Of a DNA stretch of 15,631 bases, positions 1 to 8,065 are shown one piece after another; position 1 is the stretch's first letter, and every line of letters begins with the position of its first letter. The notes beneath the pieces were generated by a model, which worked only from the letters and a program-made list of their open reading frames with translations, did no database searches and was not told the DNA's origin. The DNA is taken from the NCBI GenBank assembly GCA_965242925.1, contig CBDEUM010000008.1:1-15631 (forward strand). Direction: 5' to 3'. The position numbers and the translations under genes are program-made. The stretch is from Roseibacillus sp. (GTDB taxonomy: Bacteria > Verrucomicrobiota > Verrucomicrobiia > Verrucomicrobiales > Akkermansiaceae).

Positions 1-40
1 GCGTCCGCCACAAAACGCAAAGAGCCAACCTCTTCTATCT

Positions 41-1570
41 CTATTCCTCGCTCTCCATGCGGGCCACCCGCTCAAAGGGCCTGACCCGATAAATTTTCCG
101 GCCCCGCTGGACCGCGATGGAAGTCTGCTGAACCGCCGCGGAGGCGACCAGGCGGGCGTAAAAGTCGATGGGATGCTCCACCCTGACGTTGTTGACTTCC
201 AGGATCAGGTCGCCCGGGCGCAAACCCCGTTGGGCCGCCTGACTGCGCGCGGAGACTGCGGTGATGAGGACTCCACTGCCCCCCCGCGTCCGCTGGAGGA
301 GGGTCAATTCCTGCACCTTTATACCGATGTCCTGGATGATCCGCTCATCGGTAGCACTGCGCGTGCCCGGTTCGCGCCGCCTGGTCAGGGACTCCGAGTC
401 TTCCGCGTCAATCACGGTGGCGGTGAGGTTCACCTCTTCCCCGGACCGCCACACCTCGATCGTCACTTCCCGATCGACGGGAGTCCGTTGAATCTCACTG
501 AAGAAGTGAACGCGGTTTGCCACCGGTTTTCCGTTGTAGCTGACCACCACGTCATCGGCCTGCAACCCGGCCTTCTGGGCCGGGGAGTCGGGCACCACAT
601 CCACGATATAGACTCCCCCGGTTTCGTCCCATCCTACCTTTTCCCGGATGAGGGGATTCCAATCGTAGCAGCGCACGCCGAGCCATCCTCGGGTGGCCCT
701 CCCCTTCGCCAGGATCTGTTCGAAAACCTCCCGCACGTCGTTGGCCGGGATAGAAAACCCGATCCCCACAAAGCCACGATCCTCGGTATCCGGGGAGTAA
801 ATCGCGGCATTGATCCCGATGATCTCTCCATAAATATTTATCAGAGGGCCGCCTGAGTTCCCTGGATTGATCGCCGCATCGGTCTGGAAAAGGTCCCGCT
901 GGCGATCCGAGATGGTCCTTTCCTTGGCGGAGATGATCCCGCGGGTCACGGTCTCTCCAAGACCAAAGGGGTTCCCGATGGCGAGAGCCTGTTGTCCCTG
1001 CCGCACGCGCCCCGAATCCCCGAATTTGAGAGGCTTGAAATCGCGATCCGCCTTGATCCTGATGACCGCGATGTCAAGGGCCCGGTCTTCTCCGATCACG
1101 GTCGCGGGATAGGTTTTGCCATCGTGCATGGTAACGCTGATTTTCGACTTCCCGTTTGTGACGTGTTCGTTGGTCACCACGTGGCCCTCTTCGGAGACGA
1201 TCACCCCGGACCCGATCCCGCGCACAGGGTAGCCCTCGTCGACCCAAACCCGCCCGAACCAGTCCTGCATGAGCTGGCGCTTAATGCCCTCGGTGTGCAA
1301 CGATACCACGGACGGCACCACCGCTTCAGTCAGTCTGGCGAATTCCCCGTCCAGGGCGGAAAGAAACTCAACCTCCCCGGGGGAGAGCGCCGGCTTGTTG
1401 CTCAGGGTGTAGCTTTCCGGAATGAAATTTTCCTGCCGGTCTCTCTCCCAGAATTTGAAGATGTCGAAGAATCCCTCACCCCCCTGCACTTTCCGAAAGA
1501 CAAAGACGGCGAGAAACGCAAAGACAAATACCCCCCCCAGAACAGCAAAGCGGCGCATTCCATCGTTCAT
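41..1570 (-). CDS. HtrA/DegP/DegQ-family serine protease (trypsin-like domain + 2 PDZ), N-terminal membrane anchor
   Basis: Catalytic triad motifs TNEHV (His), LDIAV (Asp) and AAINPGNSGGPL (Ser). Also GSGVIVS and AIGNPFGLGETVTRGIISA. Two PDZ-like segments (SPAQKAGLQADDVV, SQAAQRGLRPGDLILEVN). Hydrophobic N-terminus FAVLGGVFVFAFLAVFVF. Confidence 0.95.
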   Translation of the reverse strand: MNDGMRRFAVLGGVFVFAFLAVFVFRKVQGGEGFFDIFKFWERDRQENFIPESYTLSNKPALSPGEVEFLSALDGEFARLTEAVVPSVVSLHTEGIKRQLMQDWFGRVWVDEGYPVRGIGSGVIVSEEGHVVTNEHVTNGKSKISVTMHDGKTYPATVIGEDRALDIAVIRIKADRDFKPLKFGDSGRVRQGQQALAIGNPFGLGETVTRGIISAKERTISDRQRDLFQTDAAINPGNSGGPLINIYGEIIGINAAIYSPDTEDRGFVGIGFSIPANDVREVFEQILAKGRATRGWLGVRCYDWNPLIREKVGWDETGGVYIVDVVPDSPAQKAGLQADDVVVSYNGKPVANRVHFFSEIQRTPVDREVTIEVWRSGEEVNLTATVIDAEDSESLTRRREPGTRSATDERIIQDIGIKVQELTLLQRTRGGSGVLITAVSARSQAAQRGLRPGDLILEVNNVRVEHPIDFYARLVASAAVQQTSIAVQRGRKIYRVRPFERVARMESEE

Positions 1571-1620
1571 AGGGCGCTAAGGGGAACGGTGCCAAGGATG
1601 CCTCCATCCCGGCCAAGGTT

Positions 1621-1647
1621 AAAGCGGAATCTCTTCCCGCTTTTGTT
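1621..1647. terminator. Possible hairpin/weak intrinsic terminator between nnr and the htrA-family gene
   Basis: AAAGCGG-aatctcttc-CCGCTTT inverted repeat (1621-1643) just downstream of the nnr stop. The T-tract on the minus strand is short. Confidence 0.3.
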
Positions 1648-1657
1648 CAACCGTATT

Positions 1658-3145
1658 CTAGCAGCCCCGGCTGAGCGCCCGAAACGCTTCTCCCAGCGAA
1701 CGGGCGGTGTCTCCCGCCGTCAGGGACCGCTCCGACTGGCCGGCCTCCAGGGCCAACTCCGCCGCACGGCCAGCCAGCCAGGCGGCAGCGCGCGCCGCGT
1801 CCGTGAGCTGGAGCCCTCCCGCGACCAGCGCCCCCAGCAATCCGCTCAGGACGTCGCCCTGTCCTCCGGTGGCCATCCCGGGATGACCCGTGCTGTTGTA
1901 GTGAAGTTCCTCTCCCCTCGAGGTCACAATGGTTCGTGCTCCCTTGTAGAGCAAGGTGCAGGGGCAGGTCGCCACGAATTGTCGCGCCCTTTCCGCCCGG
2001 CTCAATTCGCCCCCCTCCGGGAAAAGTCTCTGCATCTCGCCCGGATGGGGAGTGAGCACCATCTGGCGGTGCACCCTGCCCGCCACCCCTGCCGTCGCAA
2101 GAAGGTTAAGCGCGTCGGCATCAACCACGAGCGGAATGTCGTTGCGGCCAAGAAGATCCAGGAGGGCCCTCTCCTCCCTGCCCCCCGGACGACCCAGGCC
2201 GGGCCCGACCACCAGCACATCCTGTCCGTCATCCCCAACCTCGGCATAACTGCCCACCGGCCTGATCATCGCTTCCGGTGGCGGCCCCGCGGAAATCAGG
2301 AGCGGATAGTCCTGCTCCATGACGTAAACGGTCACGAGGCCGGCGCCCCCGCGCAGCGCTCCGAGGGCCGCGAGTCCCGCGGCCCCGAGCATTCCCCGCG
2401 ACCCCGCCACGATTCCGACCCGGCCGGCCTGCCCTTTGTGGATCTCAAAGTCCCGGGGCGGAAGGAGGGGGCGGAGATTCCGTGCAGTGGTCAAGTGGTC
2501 TCCCCCGGCTGGAACGGGTAGTTCCTCCAGGGCAATGACCTCGATCCGGCCCACGTGATTGAGAGCGCCGTCAGCCACCAGCCCTCTCTTAGGTATTGCG
2601 ATAGTAGCAGTAAGGTCCGCCCGGACCGCTCCCTCGCCAGGCTCCCCGGTGTCTCCATTGAGCCCGGACGGAATGTCCACCGCCACCACCCGCGCACCCG
2701 CCCGTGCGCGCAGGTCGTTCATCTCGACCGCGAGGGGACGCAGGGGATCGCGCAAGGGGCCACTCGCCCCGATTCCGAGCAGCCCGTCAATCAGCAGGAG
2801 AGGCCCCGGATGGTCCATCGGCTCAAAGGCATCCTGTTGCAAATCCACCTCGCCCAGTTCCCGCAGCTTGCGGGAGGGGAGGAGGCCGAGCTCCAGTGGT
2901 TGAAAGGGACAGCGTAGCGCAATATCCCACCCCGCCGACCGCAATACCTGCAGGGCAACCAGAGCATCGCCCCCGTTATTCCCTCTCCCCAGATAAGCCA
3001 CCGCCGTCCCGGGTTCCGGGTAGAGTGCCCTCAGAACCTCCCCCAGTCGCCGTCCGGCCTTGTCCATGAGAGCCTCCGCCGAAGCCCCGGCCTGGAAGAC
3101 CTTTTCCTCCAGCTCGCGCATTTCCTGACAATCGATCAGGCCCAT
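1658..3145 (-). CDS. nnr: Bifunctional NAD(P)H-hydrate repair enzyme (epimerase NnrE + ADP-dependent dehydratase NnrD; YjeF family)
   Basis: YjeF_N motifs GRGNNGGDALV, IDGLLGIG and VDIPSG. Carbohydrate-kinase motifs HKGQAGRV, GPGLG, VVDADALN, LTPHPGE and GMATGGQGDVLSG. Start moved to ATG 3145 (MGLIDCQEMRELE) because the longer ORF start overlaps the amidase gene. Confidence 0.95.
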   Translation of the reverse strand: MGLIDCQEMRELEEKVFQAGASAEALMDKAGRRLGEVLRALYPEPGTAVAYLGRGNNGGDALVALQVLRSAGWDIALRCPFQPLELGLLPSRKLRELGEVDLQQDAFEPMDHPGPLLLIDGLLGIGASGPLRDPLRPLAVEMNDLRARAGARVVAVDIPSGLNGDTGEPGEGAVRADLTATIAIPKRGLVADGALNHVGRIEVIALEELPVPAGGDHLTTARNLRPLLPPRDFEIHKGQAGRVGIVAGSRGMLGAAGLAALGALRGGAGLVTVYVMEQDYPLLISAGPPPEAMIRPVGSYAEVGDDGQDVLVVGPGLGRPGGREERALLDLLGRNDIPLVVDADALNLLATAGVAGRVHRQMVLTPHPGEMQRLFPEGGELSRAERARQFVATCPCTLLYKGARTIVTSRGEELHYNSTGHPGMATGGQGDVLSGLLGALVAGGLQLTDAARAAAWLAGRAAELALEAGQSERSLTAGDTARSLGEAFRALSRGC

Positions 3146-3151
3146 GAGCAC

Positions 3152-3157
3152 ATCATA
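3152..3157 (-). promoter_or_regulatory. Candidate -10 element (TATGAT) 6 nt upstream of the nnr ATG; possible leaderless transcript
   Basis: Minus strand reads ggt-TATGAT-gtgctc-ATG, with no Shine-Dalgarno at the usual spacing. Confidence 0.4.
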
Positions 3158-3206
3158 ACCCCGGCGAACTCCATCGCACTCCTCATTTTCCGGCTTCTTT
3201 GCGGCT

Positions 3207-3824
3207 CTAGGGTGAGCGCCGGTAATTAGCAATCCCCTCGGCAATTCCGCGAGCCACCGCATCGCGGTAGTCCCCCTTCTTCATGCGAGACCGCTCCCGG
3301 GTGTTACTGACAAATCCGCATTCCACCAGGACGGCAGGGTTCCGGGAGGCCCGCAGGACATGATAGCGTCCGAACTTCACTCCCCGATTGGACGCCTTCA
3401 CTCGCCGCAGCATGCCCTGTTGAACGGCTTCCGCCAAAGGCTTGCTCTCTGCGCGATAGTAAAAGGTCTCCAGTCCGGAAACAGAGCGCCTCCAACTGTG
3501 GTTGTAGTGCAGGCTCACGAAGACCGAACTGCGATAGCGATTTCCGATCGCAGCCCGCCGGGGAAGCGAAATGAAGGTGTCGCTCTTGCGGGTCATGGTC
3601 ACCTGGTAGCCGCTCGCCTGCAGATAACGCTCAAGTCGAAGGGCGGTATCGAGCGCCAGGTGCTTCTCGTAGACCTTCCCTGTCCAGCCGCCGCGGTCAT
3701 GTCCTCCGTGGCCCGGATCGATCACAACGCGGCTAAAGTCGCCGGCGGAGGCGCCAGACGAACCGAACGCGCTCACAAGAGCGGTAATAACAACTCCCCG
3801 GAGGAGAGAACGGAGGGAAAACAT
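3207..3824 (-). CDS. N-acetylmuramoyl-L-alanine amidase (Amidase_3/AmiC-type catalytic domain only) with signal peptide
   Basis: Zn-ligand and catalytic motifs VVIDPGHGGHD, EKHLAL, FVSLHYN and VLVECGFVSN. The signal-like N-terminus ends in ASA. Confidence 0.93.
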   Translation of the reverse strand: MFSLRSLLRGVVITALVSAFGSSGASAGDFSRVVIDPGHGGHDRGGWTGKVYEKHLALDTALRLERYLQASGYQVTMTRKSDTFISLPRRAAIGNRYRSSVFVSLHYNHSWRRSVSGLETFYYRAESKPLAEAVQQGMLRRVKASNRGVKFGRYHVLRASRNPAVLVECGFVSNTRERSRMKKGDYRDAVARGIAEGIANYRRSP

Positions 3825-3863
3825 GAGCAGGAAATACCAGTGCAGGCTTATCTTGTTAGAGAT

Positions 3864-3892
3864 CTTTTACCCAAGACGAACTGTCTCCGCAA
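3864..3892 (-). promoter_or_regulatory. Candidate sigma70-type promoter of the amidase gene (TTGCGG-N17-TAAAAG)
   Basis: Minus-strand TTGCGG (3892-3887), a 17-nt spacer, then TAAAAG (3869-3864), about 40 nt before the ATG. Confidence 0.4.
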
Positions 3893-3913
3893 CGCATTTT
3901 TGGAGGCTGCGCC

Positions 3914-3965
3914 GAAAGTCGTTCCCCCCGGAAAGTCGTCCCCCCAGGATCCCCCCTCCATCCCC
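3914..3965. repeat. Tandem direct repeat GAAAGTCGT(T)CCCCCC x2 within four C-tracts (G-tracts on the minus strand)
   Basis: gaaagtcgttcccccc (3914-3929) and gaaagtcgtcccccc (3931-3945), followed by C6 at 3951-3956 and C4 at 3962-3965. Confidence 0.75.
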
Positions 3966-3966
3966 A

Positions 3967-4851
3967 TTAACGATAGGTCATCCGGGGGCGCTCCGATAGC
4001 TTTCGAAGCCGTGCCCTGCTCTGCGCCGCCGCCTGGGGATCGTAGGAGATCCCACCCGAAACAACGACCTCTCCATTGGTGAAGGTCGCCAGGGCCGGCT
4101 TCCTGCCCGGGGCGGGATTATAATACTTCGTCCCGAGGTACTTCCCCGCGGGCGTGACCGTGCCATGGGCGTAGATATTGGGCGCGGACAGGAAGAGAAC
4201 GTGCAGGTTGCTGCCTCGGTCTACGGTGGCCTTCGGCGTCTTGCTGTTAATGACGTCACCCATGCGGAAGGCCTGCATAGTGCGACCCGTGCGGATGTCG
4301 ATGAGGTGAACGTAGAGCGAAGATTTGCGTGAGGTATTATGAATGGAGAGACGATACTCTCGCACATTCCCGCCGGCCGGATCTCCCACACGCTGGCTGT
4401 AAACCTGTCGGCCCCGGGTGACATTGAAGTAGGCCGTGTTGGTAACGAACTGGCCCCCGCCCCCGGGAAGGCGAACCACGGCCTTACAGCGGAATCGTCC
4501 GGGTTCGGTCACGCGGAAAGCCCCCGTAAGATCGACCCTCTTGGTAATGCTGCGGCCCGCTGGAATTGTCACTGCGCCGAAATTCATTGCCGCCAGGGGG
4601 CTGAGGGCAGTGCCGCGTGAGTTCTTGATTTCGAAATCGAGCCAGTTCAGGGTTGTCCGGTCATCCGTGTGAATGAGCAGGTCACGTCCGGCATTATTTG
4701 TCAGAGTCACGGTGGCAACCACCGGCTCGTGGGCAATGTATTCCTTCTCTGACATGCTGAGGCTCGCCTTGATCTGAGCCTCAACGCTTTCGCCAGCTGA
4801 TAACGCCACAAGGGCGAAGGTCAGGAGCCGTATTCTGGAAGTGGGTAGCAT
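3967..4851 (-). CDS. Secreted/periplasmic hypothetical protein, beta-rich with an Ig-like N-terminal domain
   Basis: Signal peptide (RIRLLTFALVALSAGESVEA|Q). Alternating beta-strand pattern EPVVATVTLTNNAGRDL...TIPAGRSITKRVDL...PGRFRCKAVV. Co-directional with its neighbours and does not overlap them. Confidence 0.8.
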   Translation of the reverse strand: MLPTSRIRLLTFALVALSAGESVEAQIKASLSMSEKEYIAHEPVVATVTLTNNAGRDLLIHTDDRTTLNWLDFEIKNSRGTALSPLAAMNFGAVTIPAGRSITKRVDLTGAFRVTEPGRFRCKAVVRLPGGGGQFVTNTAYFNVTRGRQVYSQRVGDPAGGNVREYRLSIHNTSRKSSLYVHLIDIRTGRTMQAFRMGDVINSKTPKATVDRGSNLHVLFLSAPNIYAHGTVTPAGKYLGTKYYNPAPGRKPALATFTNGEVVVSGGISYDPQAAAQSRARLRKLSERPRMTYR

Positions 4852-4876
4852 GTTGGATGTGAATAACTGCGCCTGG

Positions 4877-4906
4877 GGTTTACGCCGTAAAAGGTTCCCC
4901 CCGCAA
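4877..4906 (-). promoter_or_regulatory. Candidate promoter TTGCGG-N18-TAAACC for the 3967-4851 gene
   Basis: Minus-strand TTGCGG (4906-4901) and TAAACC (4882-4877), 25 nt before the ATG. Confidence 0.3.
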
Positions 4907-4965
4907 GGGAAACTCGCCGGGTTTCCGATAATTTGTGCTCCATTCGCAGAATTTCCAGATGAACT

Positions 4966-6486
4966 TCATCTCTCTCCGGGAGCCACCTGCCGGACCAGTC
5001 GAAAGCCCACATCCCTCCGGCGGATTTCCCGCGTGTTCAGCCAGATCCGGGCACGCACCCCTCCACCCGGGGCCAGAAACGTCCCTCCACACGCCAGCGG
5101 ACTCTTGGCATTCATGGGAAAGGCGGGATTGCGTTCAGGGGTTTCTGACCACTCCGCCACGTTTCCCGCCAGACCATGAATCCTGCGGCGAGAGACTTCC
5201 CCGGCCAATTGATCAACCGGACCCCACCCGCCCGCGCTGCTTGCTTCCTCCCTGTCCAGGGTCGCAGCTGCCAGCCACTCCTCCTGAGTGGGCAGCCGCC
5301 CTCCTTTCCAGTTCGCATAGGCATGGGCATCCCACCAGTCAATGCGCGTGACAGGGCAATTGAGATCGAGGTCCAGGCCGTCATGATTCCTGCCGGCCCG
5401 CGCCGCACTCAGGACCGAATGCCAGTCATCCGGAAGGTGATCCAGCTTGATGGCTGGTTGAGTGATGTGATCGTAGGCGCTGCGCATGCTTTCCTCCAGG
5501 CTGGCCAGCGCATTGAGAAACGCCGCATACTCAGCGATCGTAACCTCGTGGGCATCTATCCAGAAGCGGTCCAGTTCAACTTCCTTGCCGGCATGGTTCT
5601 GATAGGTGCCGGCCGGAATCGCAATCATGGCTGAAAGATCGCGGGCCTCCGGCGCACGCGGGCGGGTGAACAGGAAAAACCCGCCCACCCCTGAAACTCC
5701 AAGAATAAGGACCACCAAAAGGATGATGCCACCCGCTCGCATTCGCTCCCGGCGGGAGGCCTTGGCCTGAAGCGCCCGGGAAGCCCCCGCTTCGGAGGCG
5801 AGATCCTGTTCCAGCATCCCTGACGTGTTGGCGACCTGCGCCCAGCTCAACTCGATTCCCTCCTCCAGGCCCATCATCATCCCCAACAGCCTCCCGGTGC
5901 GGGCGGCCCCCGGAAGGTCGGCCTCCAGCACCCCCTGGAAGAGTTCCCCAACCATGACCTGATCCCGGGCTCTCCCCTCAGGATCTGGCTGGCCTGCAGT
6001 CGCAAGATTCGCAATCCGCACGACCTCGTGTTCGCCCAGAACCAGGTGTTCCGGCTCCAGGGGAAGAGTCGCAATCGCCCGCTCCCCAAGATAGGCCATG
6101 GCCCCCCCGACCTGGCGCAGGAATCCCACAATGGTGAGGGGCGTAAACTTCCGGCCCTCCTGAGGAATCTGGGTGAAGGTCGCCCCCGGAAGAAGCTCCC
6201 GCGTCCAATAGACCTCCCCCTCTTCCTGTGCGGCCTCGTAGACTGAGCCAATCCCGGCATGTTCAATGGCCGCCTTGGCCCGCACGTCCGCCAGAAACGT
6301 CTCTCCCGACGGTCGGGTCGGGTCGATCACGCCCTTGAGCCTCACCAGGATCACAGCACGATCGACCGATATCTGCCGGGCGTGATAGGTTCGCGTATTC
6401 TCGTCTTCGGAGACCAACTCCACCAGCAGGTAATCTCCCAGCTGCCGGAGAGCAGGGCGGACTTGATCTTTTTCAGAGCCGGACAT
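4966..6486 (-). CDS. Membrane protein: degenerate Ser/Thr kinase-like (pseudokinase) domain + TM helix + FGE-sulfatase (SUMF1/EgtB/PvdO-like) domain
   Basis: Kinase N-lobe-like sequence LGDYLLVELV..YHARQISVDRAV..FLADVRAKAAIEHAGIGSVYE..ELLPG. TM helix AGGIILLVVLILGVSGVGGFFLF. FGE motifs FWIDAHEVTIAEY, PVTRIDWWDAHAYANWKGGRLPTQEEW, GLAGNVAEW and VGFRLV. The start is either ATG 6486 or TTG 6534. Confidence 0.85.
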   Translation of the reverse strand: MSGSEKDQVRPALRQLGDYLLVELVSEDENTRTYHARQISVDRAVILVRLKGVIDPTRPSGETFLADVRAKAAIEHAGIGSVYEAAQEEGEVYWTRELLPGATFTQIPQEGRKFTPLTIVGFLRQVGGAMAYLGERAIATLPLEPEHLVLGEHEVVRIANLATAGQPDPEGRARDQVMVGELFQGVLEADLPGAARTGRLLGMMMGLEEGIELSWAQVANTSGMLEQDLASEAGASRALQAKASRRERMRAGGIILLVVLILGVSGVGGFFLFTRPRAPEARDLSAMIAIPAGTYQNHAGKEVELDRFWIDAHEVTIAEYAAFLNALASLEESMRSAYDHITQPAIKLDHLPDDWHSVLSAARAGRNHDGLDLDLNCPVTRIDWWDAHAYANWKGGRLPTQEEWLAAATLDREEASSAGGWGPVDQLAGEVSRRRIHGLAGNVAEWSETPERNPAFPMNAKSPLACGGTFLAPGGGVRARIWLNTREIRRRDVGFRLVRQVAPGER

Positions 6487-6583
6487 CACAGCCTGGGACA
6501 ACGCCCGGAATATGCGACTATCCCAACGTCGCAAAGTCGAAAGTCAGGATGAATCCCGCCCTCCCGGGCAACCGCGTCCGGAT

Positions 6584-7966
6584 CTAGAAATGGATGGCAT
6601 GCCCCTCTGCGTCCAGAGAGGCCTCATGCACCCCTTCGGTGAGGGTGGGGTGGGCATGTATGGTGGCGTGAAAGTCCTCGATAGTGGCCTCCAGGGTGAG
6701 GCCAAGGCCCATTTCCGCAATAAGGTCGGTCGCATTCGCTCCGATGATATGAGCGCCCAGCAATTCGCCGTGCTCCTCTCCGAACAGGAGCTTGATGAAC
6801 CCGTCGGTTTCCGCTGTGGCCTGGGCCTTGCCCAGGGCCTGATAGGGGAACTTACCCACCTTGCAGGCCACGCCCTCCTCCTTCAGCTCCCGCTCAGTTT
6901 TTCCAACCGAGGCGATCTCAGGGTAGCAGTAGGTGCAGCCCGGGAAGACGTCGACCCGCTTCGGTTCGGCCCCCTCCACGAAGATCCCTTCCACGCACTG
7001 GGTCGCCTCGAACATCGCCGTGTGTGCAAGCCAGGGCGGCCCGGCAATGTCCCCGACAGCGTAGACCCCGCTCATCGATGTCTGGTAGCGATCTCCAATC
7101 TGGATCCAGCCCCGGTCCGTGAATTCGGGGAGTTGTCCGCCCGGCAGAACCGGCTCCACCCCGATGGCCACCAGACAAACGGCCGCTTCGATGACCTCGC
7201 TGCCCTTCGCATTCTCCACCGTCACGCTCACTGAGTCTCCACGATCCTCCGTGGCAGTCACCCTGGTATCCGTCAGGCACTTGATTCCCTGACGCGAGTA
7301 GGACTTCTTCAGGGAATCCCCGATCTCGTCATCCTCCACCGGAACAAGCCGCGGCATCATTTCCACCAGAGTCACCTTTGTTCCAAACGCACTGTAGATA
7401 TAGGCGAATTCCACGCCGATCGCGCCCGCTCCGATTATAACCATGCTCTCAGGCTGGGTGGGCAGGACCATCGCTTCCCGCGAACTGATGACACTCCTGC
7501 CGTTAGAGGGCAGCTCCGGAAGCTCGCGGGACTTTCCGCCGGTCGCGATGATGATATTGGCTGTTTCTAGTACCTGGGTGCTTCCGTCCTCCGCCTTCAC
7601 CTCCACATGGGCGCTGTCCACAATCGAGCCATGGCCCCGCACATAATCGACCTTGTTCTTCTTGAAAAGAAACTCAACGCCGCCCGAAAGCCTGTCGGAA
7701 ACCTTGCGGGAGCGCCCGATCACCGCCTCCCAGTCGTAGGAGAGGTTGTCAAACGCCATCCCGAACTCCTTGGCCCGGTGTTTAAGGGTGTGAAAAAGAT
7801 GGGCGTTCTTGAGAAGCGCCTTGGTGGGAATGCATCCCCAGTTCAAGCATGTTCCGCCCACCCGTTCCGCCTCCACGCAGGCAACCTTCTTCCCCAACTG
7901 CCCGGCCCGGATGGCGGCCACATAGCCGCCCGGGCCGCCACCAATCACAACGAGATCGTAGGACAT
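6584..7966 (-). CDS. lpdA: Dihydrolipoyl dehydrogenase (E3)
   Basis: FAD-binding GGGPGGY, redox-active disulfide GGTCLNWGCIPTK, NAD-binding GAGAIGVE, and the C-terminal HAHPTLTE His-Glu pair. Confidence 0.97.
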   Translation of the reverse strand: MSYDLVVIGGGPGGYVAAIRAGQLGKKVACVEAERVGGTCLNWGCIPTKALLKNAHLFHTLKHRAKEFGMAFDNLSYDWEAVIGRSRKVSDRLSGGVEFLFKKNKVDYVRGHGSIVDSAHVEVKAEDGSTQVLETANIIIATGGKSRELPELPSNGRSVISSREAMVLPTQPESMVIIGAGAIGVEFAYIYSAFGTKVTLVEMMPRLVPVEDDEIGDSLKKSYSRQGIKCLTDTRVTATEDRGDSVSVTVENAKGSEVIEAAVCLVAIGVEPVLPGGQLPEFTDRGWIQIGDRYQTSMSGVYAVGDIAGPPWLAHTAMFEATQCVEGIFVEGAEPKRVDVFPGCTYCYPEIASVGKTERELKEEGVACKVGKFPYQALGKAQATAETDGFIKLLFGEEHGELLGAHIIGANATDLIAEMGLGLTLEATIEDFHATIHAHPTLTEGVHEASLDAEGHAIHF

Positions 7967-8014
7967 GTAACAACGCGGAGTTCAAGAACGACCCAGACAG
8001 GGCGCTCCGCCCCG

Positions 8015-8042
8015 AAGCTGCTCGCACCCCGCGGAATGTCAA
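8015..8042 (-). promoter_or_regulatory. Candidate lpdA promoter (TTGACA-N16-CAGCTT)
   Basis: Perfect -35 TTGACA on the minus strand (8042-8037) in the intergenic region upstream of lpdA. The -10 match is weak. Confidence 0.45.
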
Positions 8043-8065
8043 GGCCGCGCAGGAACCGGGCCCCC

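Noticed and set aside
1531..1538. G8 homopolymer near the 5' end of the htrA-family gene as a phase-variation site
   Set aside because: The frame is intact, the tract is short and encodes part of Leu-Gly-Gly-Val, and such runs are expected at this GC content.
1580..1595. TGGCAC upstream of the htrA-family gene as a sigma54 -24 box
   Set aside because: The required -12 TTGC at the correct spacing is absent (it reads CCCT).
992..2521. 509-aa plus-strand ORF spanning the htrA-family gene and nnr
   Set aside because: Antisense to two well-supported genes, with R/P/G-rich composition and no domain signal.
3146..3262. Apparent overlap of nnr with the amidase gene
   Set aside because: Family similarity begins at MGLIDCQEMRELE (3145), so the extension is not supported.
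6584..7966. lpdA without neighbouring E1/E2 or glycine-cleavage genes
   Set aside because: Stand-alone E3 genes shared among complexes are common, and the protein looks canonical.
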